From positions 137,704,001 to 137,768,000 of the forward strand of contig CM059431.1 of NCBI GenBank assembly GCA_030390025.1: a stretch of 64,000 nucleotides of DNA. Reading direction: 5' to 3'. Of this stretch, positions 1 to 13,000 are shown in pieces. The position numbers and the translations under genes were made by a program. Source of the stretch: Squalus acanthias (lineage: Eukaryota). Position 1 is the first letter of the stretch; each line of letters starts with the position of its first letter. The notes beneath the pieces were generated by a model. That model did no database searches and was not told the DNA's origin. It saw only the letters and a list, made by a program, of their open reading frames with translations.

Positions 1-2095
1 GAGCAGGGTCACCTCCAGTAATGTTAGTGCTGAGATACCAACAGTAATGTTGGAGTAGGGTCACCAACAGTAATGTTAGAGCTGCGACATCACCAGTAAT
101 GTTAGAGCAGGTACACCACCAGTAATGTTAGAGTAGATTCACCGCCAGTAGGGTCACCACCAGTAATGTTAGAGCAGGTTCACCTCCAGTAGTGTTAGAG
201 TAGGCTAAGCACCAGTAATGTTACAGCAGACTCATCACCAGTAATGTTAGAGAAAGGTCGCCAGCAGTAATGTTATAGCCGTTTCAGCAGCAGTAATGTT
301 AGAGTAGCGTCACCACCAGTAATGTTAGAGCAGGTTCACCACCACTAATGAAGAGTAGGATCACTACCAGCAATGGTAGCCTAGATTCATGGGATGTACT
401 GTGAGTGCAGGAACAACTTCAGTAGTGTTAGCGTAGGGTCATCACCTGTAAGGTTATCTAGGATCAATAACAGTAATGTCATCATCGTGTCATCACCAGT
501 AATGTTAGAATAGGGACACCACCAGTAATGTTAGAGTAGGGTCACCACCAGTAATGTTAGAGTAAAGTCACCAGCAGTAATGTTAGAGTAGAGTCATCAG
601 CAGTAGTGTTAGAGTAGGTTGACCACCAGTAATGTTGGAGTAGGGTCACCAGCATTAATGTTGGAGTAGGTTCACCACCAATAATGTTAGAGCAGAATCA
701 CAACCACTAATGTCGGAGTAGAATCACCACCAGTAATGTTATAGTAGGCGCACCACCAGTAATGTTACAGTAGGTTCACCACCATTAAAGTGAGAGTAGG
801 GTCACCACCAGTAATGTTATAGTAGGTTCACCACCAGTAATGTTAGAGTAGGGTCCCCACCATTAATGTTAGTGTAGGGTCACCACCAGTAATGTTACAG
901 TAGGTTCACCACCATTAAAGTGAGAGTAGAGTCACCAGCAGTAATGTTAGAGCAGAGTCACAACCACTAATGTTAGAGTAGGGTCACCAGCAGTAGTGTT
1001 AGTGTAGAATCACCACCAGTAATGTTAGAGCAGGGTCACCACCAGTAATGTTAAAGTAGGTTCTCCAAAAGTATTGTTAGAGCAGAGTCACAACCACTAA
1101 TGTGAGAGAAGGGTGACCAGCAGTAATGTTATAGTAGGTTCACCACCAGTAATGTTAGAGTAGAGTCACCACCAGTAATGTTGGAGTAGAATCACCACCA
1201 GTAATGTTAGAGTAGAGTCACCAGCAGTAATGTTAGAGCAGAGTCACCACCAGTAATGTTAGAGGAGAGTCACAACCAGTAATGTATGAGTTGGGTCACC
1301 ACCAGTAATGTTAGATTAGAATCACCACTAGTATTGTTAGTGTAGAGTCACCACCAGTAATGATAGAGTAGAGACACCACCAGTAATGTTAGAGCAGTGT
1401 CAGCACCAGTAATGTTAGAGTAGGGTCACCACCAGTAGTGTTAGTGTTGAGTCACCAACAGTAATGTTAGAGTAGAGTCACCAGCAATAGTATTCGAGTA
1501 GAGTCACCAGCGGTAATGTTAGAGTTGGGGCACCACCAGTAATGTTAGAGCAGAGTCACCACCAGTAATCTAACAGTAAAATCACAATCAGTAGTGTTGG
1601 AGTAGACTCACCACCAGTAATGTTAGAGTAGGGTCACCATCAATAATGTCAGAGTAGGGTCTCCACCAGTAATGCTAGATTCGGTTCACCATCAGTATGT
1701 TAGAGCAGAGTCACCACCAGTAATGTTAGAGTCGAGTCACCAGCAGTAGTGTTAGAGCAGAGTCACCAGCAGTAATGTTAGAGTAGTGTCACCACCATTT
1801 ACGTTGGAGTAGAGTCACCACCAGTAATGTTAGAGTAGAGTCACCACTGTTAAAGTTAGAGCAGAATAACCAGCAGAAGTGTTAGAGCAGAGTCACCACC
1901 AGTAATGTTAGAGTTGGGTCACCACCAGTAATATTAGAGTAAGGTCACCACCAGTAATATTAGAGTAAGGTCACCACCAGTAATGTTAGAGCAGGGTCAC
2001 CACCAGTAATGTTAGAGTAGGGCCACCACCAGTAATGTTAGATGAGCGTCACCATCAGTAATTTAAGATTAGAATCATCGTCAGTCATGTTAGAA
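1..2095 (+). repeat. 26-bp tandem satellite (consensus AGGGTCACCACCAGTAATGTTAGAGT), continues off the left edge
   Basis: TAATGTTAGA recurs every 26 nt (e.g. 1981, 2007); degenerates at ~2050-2095; reverse complement of the array at 34330-53540. Confidence 0.97.
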
Positions 2096-2516
2096 CCGAT
2101 TCATCATTCATCATCACAGTACAAAACAAATCTTTAGACAATGGATGAGTGACGATTTCACCAAATTAACATGCGACTTCAAGAAGCTAATGCAGAGTCC
2201 GGGAGGGATGTTGCCTTCAGTTTTCACCAGAGATTCGCAGAGCACATTCACTCTGGGATTGCTTTCCGTTCATTGATTTTAATGGACGGAGTTTCATGGA
2301 CTAAATTATACAATTTCCCGAGTGGCGGCCGGGGCGCACTGAAGGGAAAAATCGCTCCTTGTTTGTTAAGTGACTGTAACTAACGCCAATTATTGTGTAA
2401 CATGATTTTCTCACAGGGGCAGCGGCGGTCCTACAAAGGGTCTGCATTTACGGATCTCCGATTGCCTCTAGTCGGAACCGTAAAGCCGCTCAAGCTTCAC
2501 ACAAATCTGCAAAACA

Positions 2517-4223
2517 ATGGCACGGCCAGCAATTCTACAGATAAGGGACATTTCCTATCATTTTCTCGCAGCCTTTGGCGTTCCCGGTAAGTCAATGTAT
2601 CCTGTTGCCTAATAGCTGTGGACTATCTGAGTGTTAATGCAACATATTCTGAGAATGTCCTCATTGCAGATTCATTCTTCCACCGGGATCAGTCGCTAAA
2701 TATCAGCGGGAATCCTACCAGACCGCGCGGGCGCTGTTCTGGTGGGCAGATCCTTTGTACCGGGCGCTCAGCCTTCTTCCCTATACTAAGGGAGGGCGAG
2801 GCTATTTCCCTGGCCTCTCCAACCATGCATAGATCACTGAAGAACGTGTTGCTCAGTGTCTATAATATTCACCTCATTTGCGCCGTTGTTCCCTGTCTAT
2901 ATTAATGTGATAATTCCTCGGACTGCAGCCACCTCCACCCAACAGGGGGCTTTGAAAGATATTTTGAGAAATAATTTCCACTCAAGAAGATGCTCCACTC
3001 CCCTCGGCGGAATTTGGACATAAATTGTACGTTTTTGTCTCAGCTGAATGTTTCATTTGAATTATATCGTTCCATTAATTGCCGTGAAATTATTGTTATT
3101 ATTTGACAAAGACTGAGTGAAGTATGCTGGAAGGATGATGGATTTTCAGTCCCTCTATATTGAATGTCCAATGAATAATTTATGTTAAACAAAATACATT
3201 AACCCTCGCCTATATTCATGATAACAATCCGTGTGCATAACCCTAAGTAGGGACACATCTGAACATTTCCCCACAATATGCTGTGAGATTTATCTGAGTG
3301 ACCCCGTTACTGACCCCGTCTCCCTCTTTCTCACAGCGAACCTACTGACAATCGTGAATCTCTCCAGAGGAAACTGCGGCCTTTCCAAATGTATCTCTGT
3401 CTACATGGTGGCCCTGACAACAGCAGATCTACTGGTCATGATCATGAATATATTAGTGAATCGCATTTTACGTTATCACTTTCCACATTCCTTTCTGACC
3501 TACACTGTCGTTTGTAAGATCATTTTCTACCTGCAATGTGTCGCCCTGTATTTGTCGGTGTGGTTCACAGTCTCGTTCACATTTGACCCATTTGTAGCTA
3601 TATGTTGTGAGAGGTTTAAAACAAAGTATTGCACAGTGAGAACTGCGGCCGCGGTTATAACAACGGTGTCTGTCCTGATCTGTTTACAGAGCCTCGTGTT
3701 TTGGTTTGCCTTTGAACCTGAGCGAATCATTAACAATATTCACTGGGGTTGCCGACCCAGAGCGGAGTTTTCTTCATCGCCTGTAGGAGTGGCGTTTTCC
3801 TGGTTACGTAGCATTTGTTTTTCTTGGCTTAGTTTTGCTTTGACATTACTGTTTAATTGTTTGACAGCCAGACGTATTTTAGTGGCCAGTAGAGCCCGCA
3901 GGGCACTCCGGGGTCACAGCACTGAGAATCAGAGCGATCCAGAGATGGAGAACCGAAGGAAATCCATCATTTTACTGTTCAGTGTATCAGGCAGTTTTAT
4001 ACTGTTGTGGCTGACAACTATCGTTAGTAATTTAACTACCGGACTGACAAGCACCGTGCATTACCGAGGCGATTATGCAGCCCCTGCCTATATTGCCACT
4101 GAAACCGGATATATGCTCATGTATTTGAGTTCCTGTACAAACACATGTATTTATGCAGCTACTCAAACTAAATTCAGGGAAGAGCTGAAGCAGGTGATGA
4201 AAATTTCTTGGACATTTATTTGA
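2517..4223 (+). CDS. gpr139-like: GPR139-like class A orphan GPCR, 2 coding exons (2517-2586, 3337-4223), 318 aa; DRF motif changed to DPF and C-tail short
   Basis: Exon 1 MARPAILQIRDISYHFLAAFGVP ends at G|GTAAGT (2586/2587); acceptor CTCTTTCTCACAG| at 3336; phases match; seven hydrophobic segments with TADLL, FTFD(P)FVAIC, WGCRP, SSCTNTCIYA motifs. Confidence 0.88.
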
Positions 4224-5977
4224 AAATAATTTAAAAAATAAAACAAAGATTCTTGTCCAAACTTGAGTTCAATTAGTATGGTTTGCTGTTGTGAAAATAA
4301 AAAAGTACAGAAAATATATCTCCCACTTTGTGCCGTGTGTTTGATGTCTGCTGCTTTCCTCGGGTGAACAGAATCGATTTCCGTAAAACAGCACATTTCC
4401 CGCTCAAGATTCAAAGAGAACAGTCATGTCTGAGCTTCAGCAGTGGAGTGGAACATGTGGGCGTCAGCGATAACTGCCTCACACCGCAGGTACTGGAATG
4501 ATTCGCCCCAGTTTAATTAAAAGATAAAGTCTTCTATAGTGTAGAAACAATGTGTTACAATGGTGGTTATCTGTAATTCTGTAATCTTGGTGTGAATGTT
4601 GCAGGCGCTGGTCTCCCCATCAGACTCCACCCCCCATTGTCTCCTGGACCAATAGAACGGGGCCCTGTCTCCTGATCAGTGTCTGATGATGGAGACAGCA
4701 GGAACTTGACTCGTCAATGTGACATTAGACATCCTAGTTCACAGATATTTACTTAAATCCCAAACTGGTCATCAACATTTTGTAGAATTGGTAACAGGTG
4801 AACCGATCAATTTACCCAACCAGTCCGTGACCGCGTTTACACTGCACCCGAGAAAATAGTTCCATTCACTTTACCCACCTTATCTCAACATCCCATCAAC
4901 CTATTTTTATTAATTGATATATCCAATTTAAACTTGAAATGGACATTATTTCTCCCTCTGTGAATTCCACAGCCTCACAACTCTCCATGTAAAGAGGGTT
5001 ATCCTACTCTCAGTTCTAAATCTCTTCCATTTATCCTTTTATCTGTGGCAGTTAGTTCTTGATCCTCAATTAATGGAAGCTGTCTCCTTCTATCTATGCT
5101 GTCATGTCCCTTCTTAACTTTAGTCACCTTGGCACGACTCGTAAAAAAATGTTTGGAATGAATGCACAATCTCGTGAACGTCAAGAATTTATAGTTAAAA
5201 TGGTTAATTGATAGCTTTCCGTTGGAGATGGTTGTGTTCTTGCTTAAACTGAATAACGAGAAGTACGTAGTTGATAGCTTGAAATCTAACATCTACAGAA
5301 TCCCCCCCCCCCCCCCCCACCCGCCGATCGTTCGATAGATTGACAGAAAGGGCAGGAATGTTTTGTGTCGGATGGATGGCGCTGCGTGATCCTGGATTAT
5401 CGCTGTGTGTGCAGAAGTGACGTGTTGTGCAAGAAACAACAAGCCTGCAATATGCATGATGAAGATTGCATGGCGAACAGGTCCAAGACACGGTCAATGA
5501 AGTTCAAAACAACGGTAATTGAAAAGGTTAATGTGGCTCTGGAGAGTTTAATGTGTGAAACCGTTGTGTAGAGATCTGCACAAAGAATAGACCGCGATAG
5601 ATATACGTTGCTGATGAGATATAGTTAAATTCTGTCCTTAAATACACTAATGCTACGACAGAGGGCACTGTACGGGAAGGGATAATCAGACGGACCTGAA
5701 GTTTGATAATGTTATACTGTATTGGTTTATCTTAAAATTGCAGTAATGTTACCCTTAAGCCTTTGCCTGTTAAGCAGTTCATTTAAAGTAGCACTGAGCT
5801 GATGAGCGAGGGCTCACCCTGCAGCAATGGTCAGATTCAGGATGCAGTAAGAAGAAATGTAATTAAAGACATGTCATTGTAAACTGAGTCATACATTTCA
5901 GAGAACTTCAATCATTTGATAACAGTGTTCGAAATCTGTTAATTATGTAAAAGAAAACATCTCGACTGACATCATAA

Positions 5978-6310
5978 TTTTTTTATTCGTTCATGGGAAG
6001 TGGACGTCGCTGGCAAGGCCAGCATTTATTGCCCGTCCCTAATTGCCCTTGAGAAGTTGCTGGTGAGCTGCCCTCTTGAACCGCTGCAGTCCCTGCGGTG
6101 AAGGTACTCCTACAGTGCTGTTAGGGAGGGAATTCCAGGATTTTGAGCCAGCGATGATGAAGGAACGGCGATATACTTCCAAGTCAGGATGGTATGTGAT
6201 TTGGAGGAGAACTTGGAGGTGGTGGTGTTCCCCTGCGCCTGCTGGGCATGTCCTTCTAGGTGGAAAAGCTCGCGGATTTGGAAGCTGCTGCCGAAGGAGC
6301 CTTGGCGAGT
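5978..6310 (-). mobile_element. 3' end of a CR1/L2-group LINE
   Basis: GCCAGCATTTATTGCCCGTCCCTAATTGCCCTTGAGAAG is shared with 26685-27535, where it leads into an RT remnant, and with 53925-54210; it interrupts the duplicated flank. Confidence 0.75.
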
Positions 6311-7269
6311 TAATTGGTACAAATGGTGCAGAAATAAAGACAGATTTATAATTAAAGTATTCACTTGGTTGAATTGCAATTAAAGGAACAATAGTGAAAT
6401 TATTGGTAATATAACGAACTAAGTAATTATACGGGTAAGCCCAAAGGAAAATGTCCTCTTTAAGTAAAGGAAACTATCATTTATGAGAAAAAGATGAGTC
6501 CATTAAATTTTCCTTATATGGAGTTGTATTTTTACTTCTATATGATTAGATAATGCAAAATTGTGAGGATTGATACGAAGAGGCAGTGGAAAAGTGACAG
6601 TTTGGAATGAGCATTCGCAATGGTCCTAGATACTGAGTTCAGAACTACAACACGTTTGAATCCCAAACCAACAATCAGCAGCTGTGATTGTAGTTAGTAG
6701 CTTTAATTGTATGTTTAATTACTATTGCATATACTGTGTGCTTAAAATACTTAGGCCACCTTATTTCAATGTTCAAGAACCTGATTGAAAACCTTTCGCT
6801 AACAATAGCTTCAGTACTTTGTGAATGAGCTTCATTTATTAATTGTGATTAAGTGCCCTCTTTACCCGCCAATCTTCAAATTTCCACTTGATCCTGAGCT
6901 TCTGTAAAAGCCAAACTCCACTTGGTTTCAAGTCTCTGTGGAGCCCAAATTTGTCAATCCGGCTGCCATCCAGCTTCTGGGGCAGTGATTATGAGTTTGG
7001 AGTAATTCTGTGTAACAGGCACATTCTCATTTAACTGGAGTCAGACGACCAACAGTACTTAAGGCACCAGTCAGGCTTCATGCAGAGATATCACTCCATC
7101 AGACTCAGATGCGATGTATCTGCACCCAGCTACAATCGTGAGGAGCCGATATGTAATCAACCACATCATCCAAAATCAAAAAGTAAAATAGAAAGCAAAG
7201 TTAACCATTACATTACCGTGTCAAATTCCATCCCATATGGTTGTGATTCTCGCCCTCGTTTCTAATTCA

Positions 7270-7445
7270 ACAGCCACTACTTAAAAATCTCTCTTCACTA
7301 ACTTTTTCAATTCTGACGAAGGGTTCGATCCGAAACGTTGACTCTGTTTCTCTCTCCTCGATGCGGCCTGACTTGCTGAGTGTTTCCAGCATTTTCTGTT
7401 GTTATTTCAGATTTCCAGCATCCGCTCTATTTCGCTATTCTGATT
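7270..7445 (+). mobile_element. Penelope-associated terminal repeat fragment with a minimal hammerhead ribozyme core
   Basis: CTGACGA-A-GGGT tcg ATCC-GAAACGTT at 7313-7339; the downstream GATGC..CCTGAC..GCTGAGT..TCCAGCAT block also occurs at 25440-25570, 32420-32510 (-) and at the 3' end of the GIY-YIG element, 54575-54660 (-). Confidence 0.65.
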
Positions 7446-7539
7446 GAACAGTTGTTGTGTTCTCCTGGCATTCCTGTGCCCTCTATTTGTTATTTAACGG
7501 TTAATATAATTCCTTGTCCCCTGCTTCTAAATAAATGGT

Positions 7540-9863
7540 TTATGTATCCCCCTGGTCCCCATTTATAATTAAAGAGTTACAGCATTCCCCATAATTCTCC
7601 TGTCCTCTCTTTCGAATTAAAAAGTTATCATGTTCCCTTTACTTCTCCTGCCCTCTATCTCTAATTGTACAGTTACTGTGCTCCCCTAAATTACCCTGTC
7701 CTCTATCTCTAATTACACAGATAATGTGTTCCTCTAAATTACCCTGTCCGCTATCTCTAATTACACAGTTACTGTGTTCCTCTAAATTACCCTGTCCTCT
7801 ATCTCTAATTACAAAGTTACTGTGTTCCCCTAAATTACGCTGTCCTCTATCTCTAATTACAAAGTTACAGTGTTCCCCTAAATTACCCTGTCCTCAATCT
7901 CTAATAACACAGTTACTGTGTTCCCCTAAATTAAACTGTCCTCGATCTCTACTTACATGGTTACTGTGTTTCGCTAAATTACCCTGTCCTCTATCACTAA
8001 TTACAAAGTTATTGTGTTCCCCTAAATTACCCTGTCCTCTATCTCTAATTGCATTTACTGTGTTCCCCTAAATTATCCTGTCCTCTATCTTTAATTACAC
8101 AGTTACTGTTCCCCTAAATTACCCTGTCCACTATCTCTAATTACAGAGTTACTGTGTTCCCCTAAATTAGCCTGTCCTCTATCGCTAATTGCACAGTTAC
8201 TGTGTTCCCCTAAATTACTCTGCCCTCTATCGCTAATTGCACAGTTACTGTGTTCCCCTAAATTACCCTGTCCTCTATCGCTAATTGCACAGTTACTGTG
8301 TTCCCCTAAATTACACTGTCCTCTATCTCTAATTACACAGTTACAGTGTTCCCCTAAATTAAACTGCCTTCTATCTCTAATTACAGTTACTGTGTTCCAC
8401 TAAATTTACCTGTCATCTATCTCTAATTAAAGTTACTGTGTTCCTCATAATTACCCTGTCCTCTATCTCTAATTACACATTTACTGTGTTACCCTAAATT
8501 ACACTGTCCTCTATCTCTAATTACAGTTAATGTGTTCCGCTAAATTGCCCTGTCCTCTATCTTTAATTACACAGTTACTGTGTTCTCCTAAATTACCCTG
8601 TCCTCTATCACTAATTACAAAGTTACTGTGTTCCCCTAAATTACCCTGTCCTCTATCTCTAATTACACAGTTACTGTGTGCCCCTAAATTACTCTGTCCT
8701 CTATCTCTAATTACACAGTTACTGTGTTCCCCTAAATTACTCTGCCCTCTATCTCTAATTACACAGTTACTGTGTGCCCCTAAATTACTCTGTCCTCTAT
8801 CACTAATTACAAAGTTACTGTGTTCCCCTAAATTACCCTGTCATCTATTTCTAATTAAAAAGTTATAATGAGCCCGTTACTTCAACTGGCCTCTATCTCT
8901 AATTATACAGTTACTGTGTTCCCCTAAATTACCCTATCCTCTATCTCTAATTAGACAGTTATTGTGTTCCCCTCAATGACCCTGTCATCTATCTCTAATT
9001 ACAGTTACTGTTTTCTCCTAAATTACACTGTCCTCTATCTCTAATTACAAATTACTGTGTTCCCCTAAATTACCCTGTCCTCTCTCTCTAATTACACAGT
9101 TATTGTGTTCTCGTCAATGACCCTGTCATCTATCTCTAATTACAGTTACTGTGTTCTGCTAAATTACCCTGTCCTCTATCGCTAATTACACAGTTACTTA
9201 GTACCCCTAAATTACCCTGTCCTCTAACTCTGATTACACAGTAACTGTGTTCCCCTAAATTACCCTGTCAGCTAACTCTAATTACAGATTTACTGTTTTC
9301 CCCTAAATTATCCTGTCCTCTATCCCTAATTACACATTTACAGTGTTCCCCTAAATTCACCTGTCCTCCATCTCTAATTACACAGTTACTATGTTCCCCT
9401 AAATTACGCTGTCCACTATCTCTAATTACAGTTAATGTGTTCCCCTAAATTACCCTGTCCTCAAACTCTAATTACACAGTTACTGTGTTCCCCTAAGTTA
9501 CCCTGTCCTCTATCTCTAATTACAGTTTCTGTGTTGCCCTAAATTAAGCTCCCCTCTATCTCTAATTACACAGTTACTGTGTTTCCCTAAATTACCCTGT
9601 CCTCTATCTCTAATTACACAGTTACGGTATTCCCCTAAATTACCCTGTCCTCTATCTCTAATTACAGTTATTGTGCTCCGCCAAATTACCCTGTCCTCTA
9701 TCTCTAATTATACAGTTACTGTGTTCTCCTTAATTACTCTGTCCTCTATCTCTAATTACACAGTTACTGTGTGGCCCTAAATTACTCTGTCCTCTATCTC
9801 TAATTACAATGTTACTGTGTTCCCCTAAATTACCCTGTCATCTATTTCTAATTAAAAAGTTAT
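7540..9863. repeat. 48-bp tandem satellite (TTACTGTGTTCCCCTAAATTACCCTGTCCTCTATCTCTAATTACACAG), runs into the gap
   Basis: Direct tandem periodicity of 48 nt with 46-nt variants; gives the 16-aa repeat in ORFs 7724 and 8530. Confidence 0.97.
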
Positions 9864-10063
9864 NNNNNNNNNNNNNNNNNNNNNNNNNNNNNNNNNNNNN
9901 NNNNNNNNNNNNNNNNNNNNNNNNNNNNNNNNNNNNNNNNNNNNNNNNNNNNNNNNNNNNNNNNNNNNNNNNNNNNNNNNNNNNNNNNNNNNNNNNNNNN
10001 NNNNNNNNNNNNNNNNNNNNNNNNNNNNNNNNNNNNNNNNNNNNNNNNNNNNNNNNNNNNNNN
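9864..10063. other. Assembly gap (200 N)
   Basis: Exactly 200 N between two different satellites; true size and relative orientation of the two sides are unverified. Confidence 0.99.
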
Positions 10064-13000
10064 TAGAAACAGTGAAGTTCCAAAGCTAGAAACAGTGTTG
10101 GTCCAAAGCTAGAAATAGTGAAGGTCCAAAGCTAGAAACAGTGTTGGTCCAAAGCTTGAAACAGTAGAGGTCCAAAGCTAGAAGCAATGGAGGTCCAAAG
10201 CTAGAAACAGTGAAGGTCCAAAACTGGAAACAGTGAATGTTCAAAGCTAGAAATGATGGAGGTCCAAAACTAAAAACAGAGAAGGTCCAAAGCTGGAAAC
10301 AGTGGAGACCCAAAGCTGGAAACAGTGAAGGTCGAATGTAAGAAACAGTGTAGGTCCAAAGCCAGAAACATTGTAGGTCCAAAGCTAGAAACAGTGTTGG
10401 TCCAAAGCTAGAAACAGTTGAGGTCCAAAGCTAGAAACAGTGGAGGTCCAAAGCTAGAAACAGTGAAGGTCCAAACCTAGAAATAGCAGACGTCCAAATC
10501 TAGAAACAGTGATGGTCCAAAGCTAGAAACAGTGAAGGGCCAAATCTAGAAATAGCAGACGTCCAAAGTTGGAAACTGTGGACGTCCAAAACTAGAAAGA
10601 GTGAAGGTCGAAAGCTAGAAACAGTGGACGTCCAAAGCTAGAAACAATGAAGGTCCAAAGCTGGAAACAGTGGAGGTCCAATGCTACAAACAGTGGATGT
10701 CCAAAGCTAGAAACGGTGAAGGTCCAAAGCTAAAAACAGTGAAGTTCCAAAGCTAGAAACAGTGAAGGTCCAAAGTTAGAAACAGTGAAAGTACAAATCT
10801 AGAAACTGTGAACGTCCAAAGTTAGAAACAGTTTTTGTCCAAAGCTAGAAACAGTGTTGGTCCAAAGCTAGAAACAGTGAAGGTCCAAAGCTAGAAAGTG
10901 TGGAGATCCAAAGCCAGAAATAGTGAAGTTCCAAATCGAGAAACAGTGTTGGTCCAAAGATGGAAACAGTGAAGGTCCAAAGTTAGAAACAGTTGAGGTC
11001 CAAAGCTAGAAACAGTGGTGGTCCGAAGCTAGAAATAGTGAAGTTCCCAATCTAGAAACAGTGGTGGTCCAAAGCTAGAAAGAGTAAAGCTCCTAAACTA
11101 GAAACATTGAAGGTCCAAAGCTAGAAACACTGGAGGTCCAAATCTAGAAACACTGTATGTCCAAAGCTAGAAACAGTGGAGGTCCAAAGCTAGAAACAGT
11201 TAAGGTCCAAAGCCAGAAACAGTGAAGGTCCAAAGTTAGAAACAGTGAAAGTAGAAATCTAGAAACTGTGAAGGTCCAAAGCTAGAAACAGTGAAGGTCC
11301 AAAGTTAGAAACAGTTGAGGTCCAAAGCTAGAAACAGTGGTGATCCAAATAGAAATAGTGAAGTTCCCAATCTAGAAACAGTGGTGGTCCAAAGCTAGAA
11401 AGAGTAAAGGTCCTAAACTAGAAACATTGATGGTCCAAAGCTAGAAACACTGGAGGTCCAAATCTTCAAACAGTGGAGGTCCGAAGCTTGACACAGTGAA
11501 GGTCCAAAGCTAGAAACAGTGAATGTCCAAAGCTAGAAACACTGGAGGTCCAAAGCTTGAAAGAGTGGAGGTCCAAAGCTTGAAACAGTGGAGTTCCAAA
11601 GCTAGAAACAGTGAAGGTCCAAAGCCAGAAACAGTGAAGGTCCAAAGTTAGAAACAGTGAAAGTACAAATCTAGAAACTGTGAAGGTCCAAAGCTAGAAG
11701 GAGTGTTGGTCCAAAGCTAAAAACAGTGGAGGTCCAAAGCTAGAAACAGTGAAGGTCGAAAGCTAGAAACAGTGTTGGTCCAAAGCTAGAAACAGTGAAG
11801 GTCCAAAGCCAGAAACAGTGAAGTTCGAAAGCTAGAAACAGTGGAGGTCCACAGCTAGAGACAGTGAAAGTCCAAAGCTAGAAAGAGTGGAGCTCCAAAG
11901 CCAGCAAGAGTGGAGCTCCAAAGCTAGAAACAGTGGTGGACCAGAGCTAGAAAGCGTGGAGATCCTAAGCTAGAAACAGTGACGGTCCAAAGCTAGAAAC
12001 AGTGGAGGTCCACAGCTAGAGAGAGTGAAGTGCCAAAGCTAGAAACAGTGAAGGTACAAAGCTAGAAACAGCGGAGGTCCAAAGCTAGAAAGAGTGGAGA
12101 TCCAAAGCTAAAAATAGTGAAGTTCCATATCTAGAACCAGTGAAGGTCCAAAGCCAGAAACAGTGGAAGTCCAAAGCTAGAAACAGTGGAGGTCCAAAGC
12201 TAGAAACAGTGGAGGTCCAAAGCTAGAAACAGTGGTGGTCCAAATCTAGAAACAGTGAAGATCCAAAGATAGAAACAGTGAAGGTCCAAAGCTAGAAACA
12301 GTGTTGGTCCAAAGCTAGAAACAGTGGAGGTCCAAATCTAGAAACAGTGGATGTCCAAAGGTCGAAACAGTGAATGTTCAAAGCTAAAAATGGTGGATGT
12401 CCAATGCTAGAAACAGTGAAGGTCCAAAGCTAGAAACAGTGGAGGTACAAAGCTAGAAACAGTGGAGTTCCAAAGCTAGAAACAATGAAGGTCCAAAGCT
12501 AGAAACAGTTTTGGTACAAAGCTTGAAACAGTGGAGGTCCAAAGATAGAAACAGTGAAAGTCCAAAGCTAGAAACAGTGAAGGTCGAAAGCTAGAAACAG
12601 TGGAGGTCCAAAGGTAGAAACAGTGAAAGTCCAAAGCTGGAAAGAGTGGAGCTCCAAAGCTAGAAAGATTGGAGCTCCAAAGCTAGAAACAGTGGAGGTC
12701 CAAAACTAGAAAGCGTGGAGATCCTAAGCGAGAAAAAGGGAAGTTCCAAAGCTAGAAACAGTGGAGGTATAAAGCCAGAGAGAGTGAAACACCAATGCTA
12801 GAAACAGTGAAGGTACAAAGCTAGAAACAATGGAGGTCCAAAGCTAGAAACAGTGAAGATCCAAAGCTAGAAATAGTGAAGTTCCAAATGTAGAAACAGT
12901 GAAGGTCCAAAGCCAGAAACAGTGAAGGTCCAAAGTTAGAAACAGTGAAAGTACAAATCTAGAAACTGTGAAGGTCCAAAGCTAGAAAGAGTGTTGGTCC

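Noticed and set aside
3231..3336. ORF-track N-termini of the GPCRs (3231 and 31987)
   Set aside because: Intronic read-through; the real N-termini are on 70-nt upstream exons with canonical splice sites
5365..5571. Similar Cys-rich small ORFs at 5365 (+) and 29019 (-) as a conserved micro-gene
   Set aside because: Explained by the duplicated 3' flank; starts and stops differ and I see no sign of codon-level constraint
7724..10382. Cys/Leu/Pro repeat ORFs (7724, 8530, 9809, 9838, 10086) and 20729
   Set aside because: Translations of 48-bp and 23-bp satellite or of the N gap; neighbouring units break the frame
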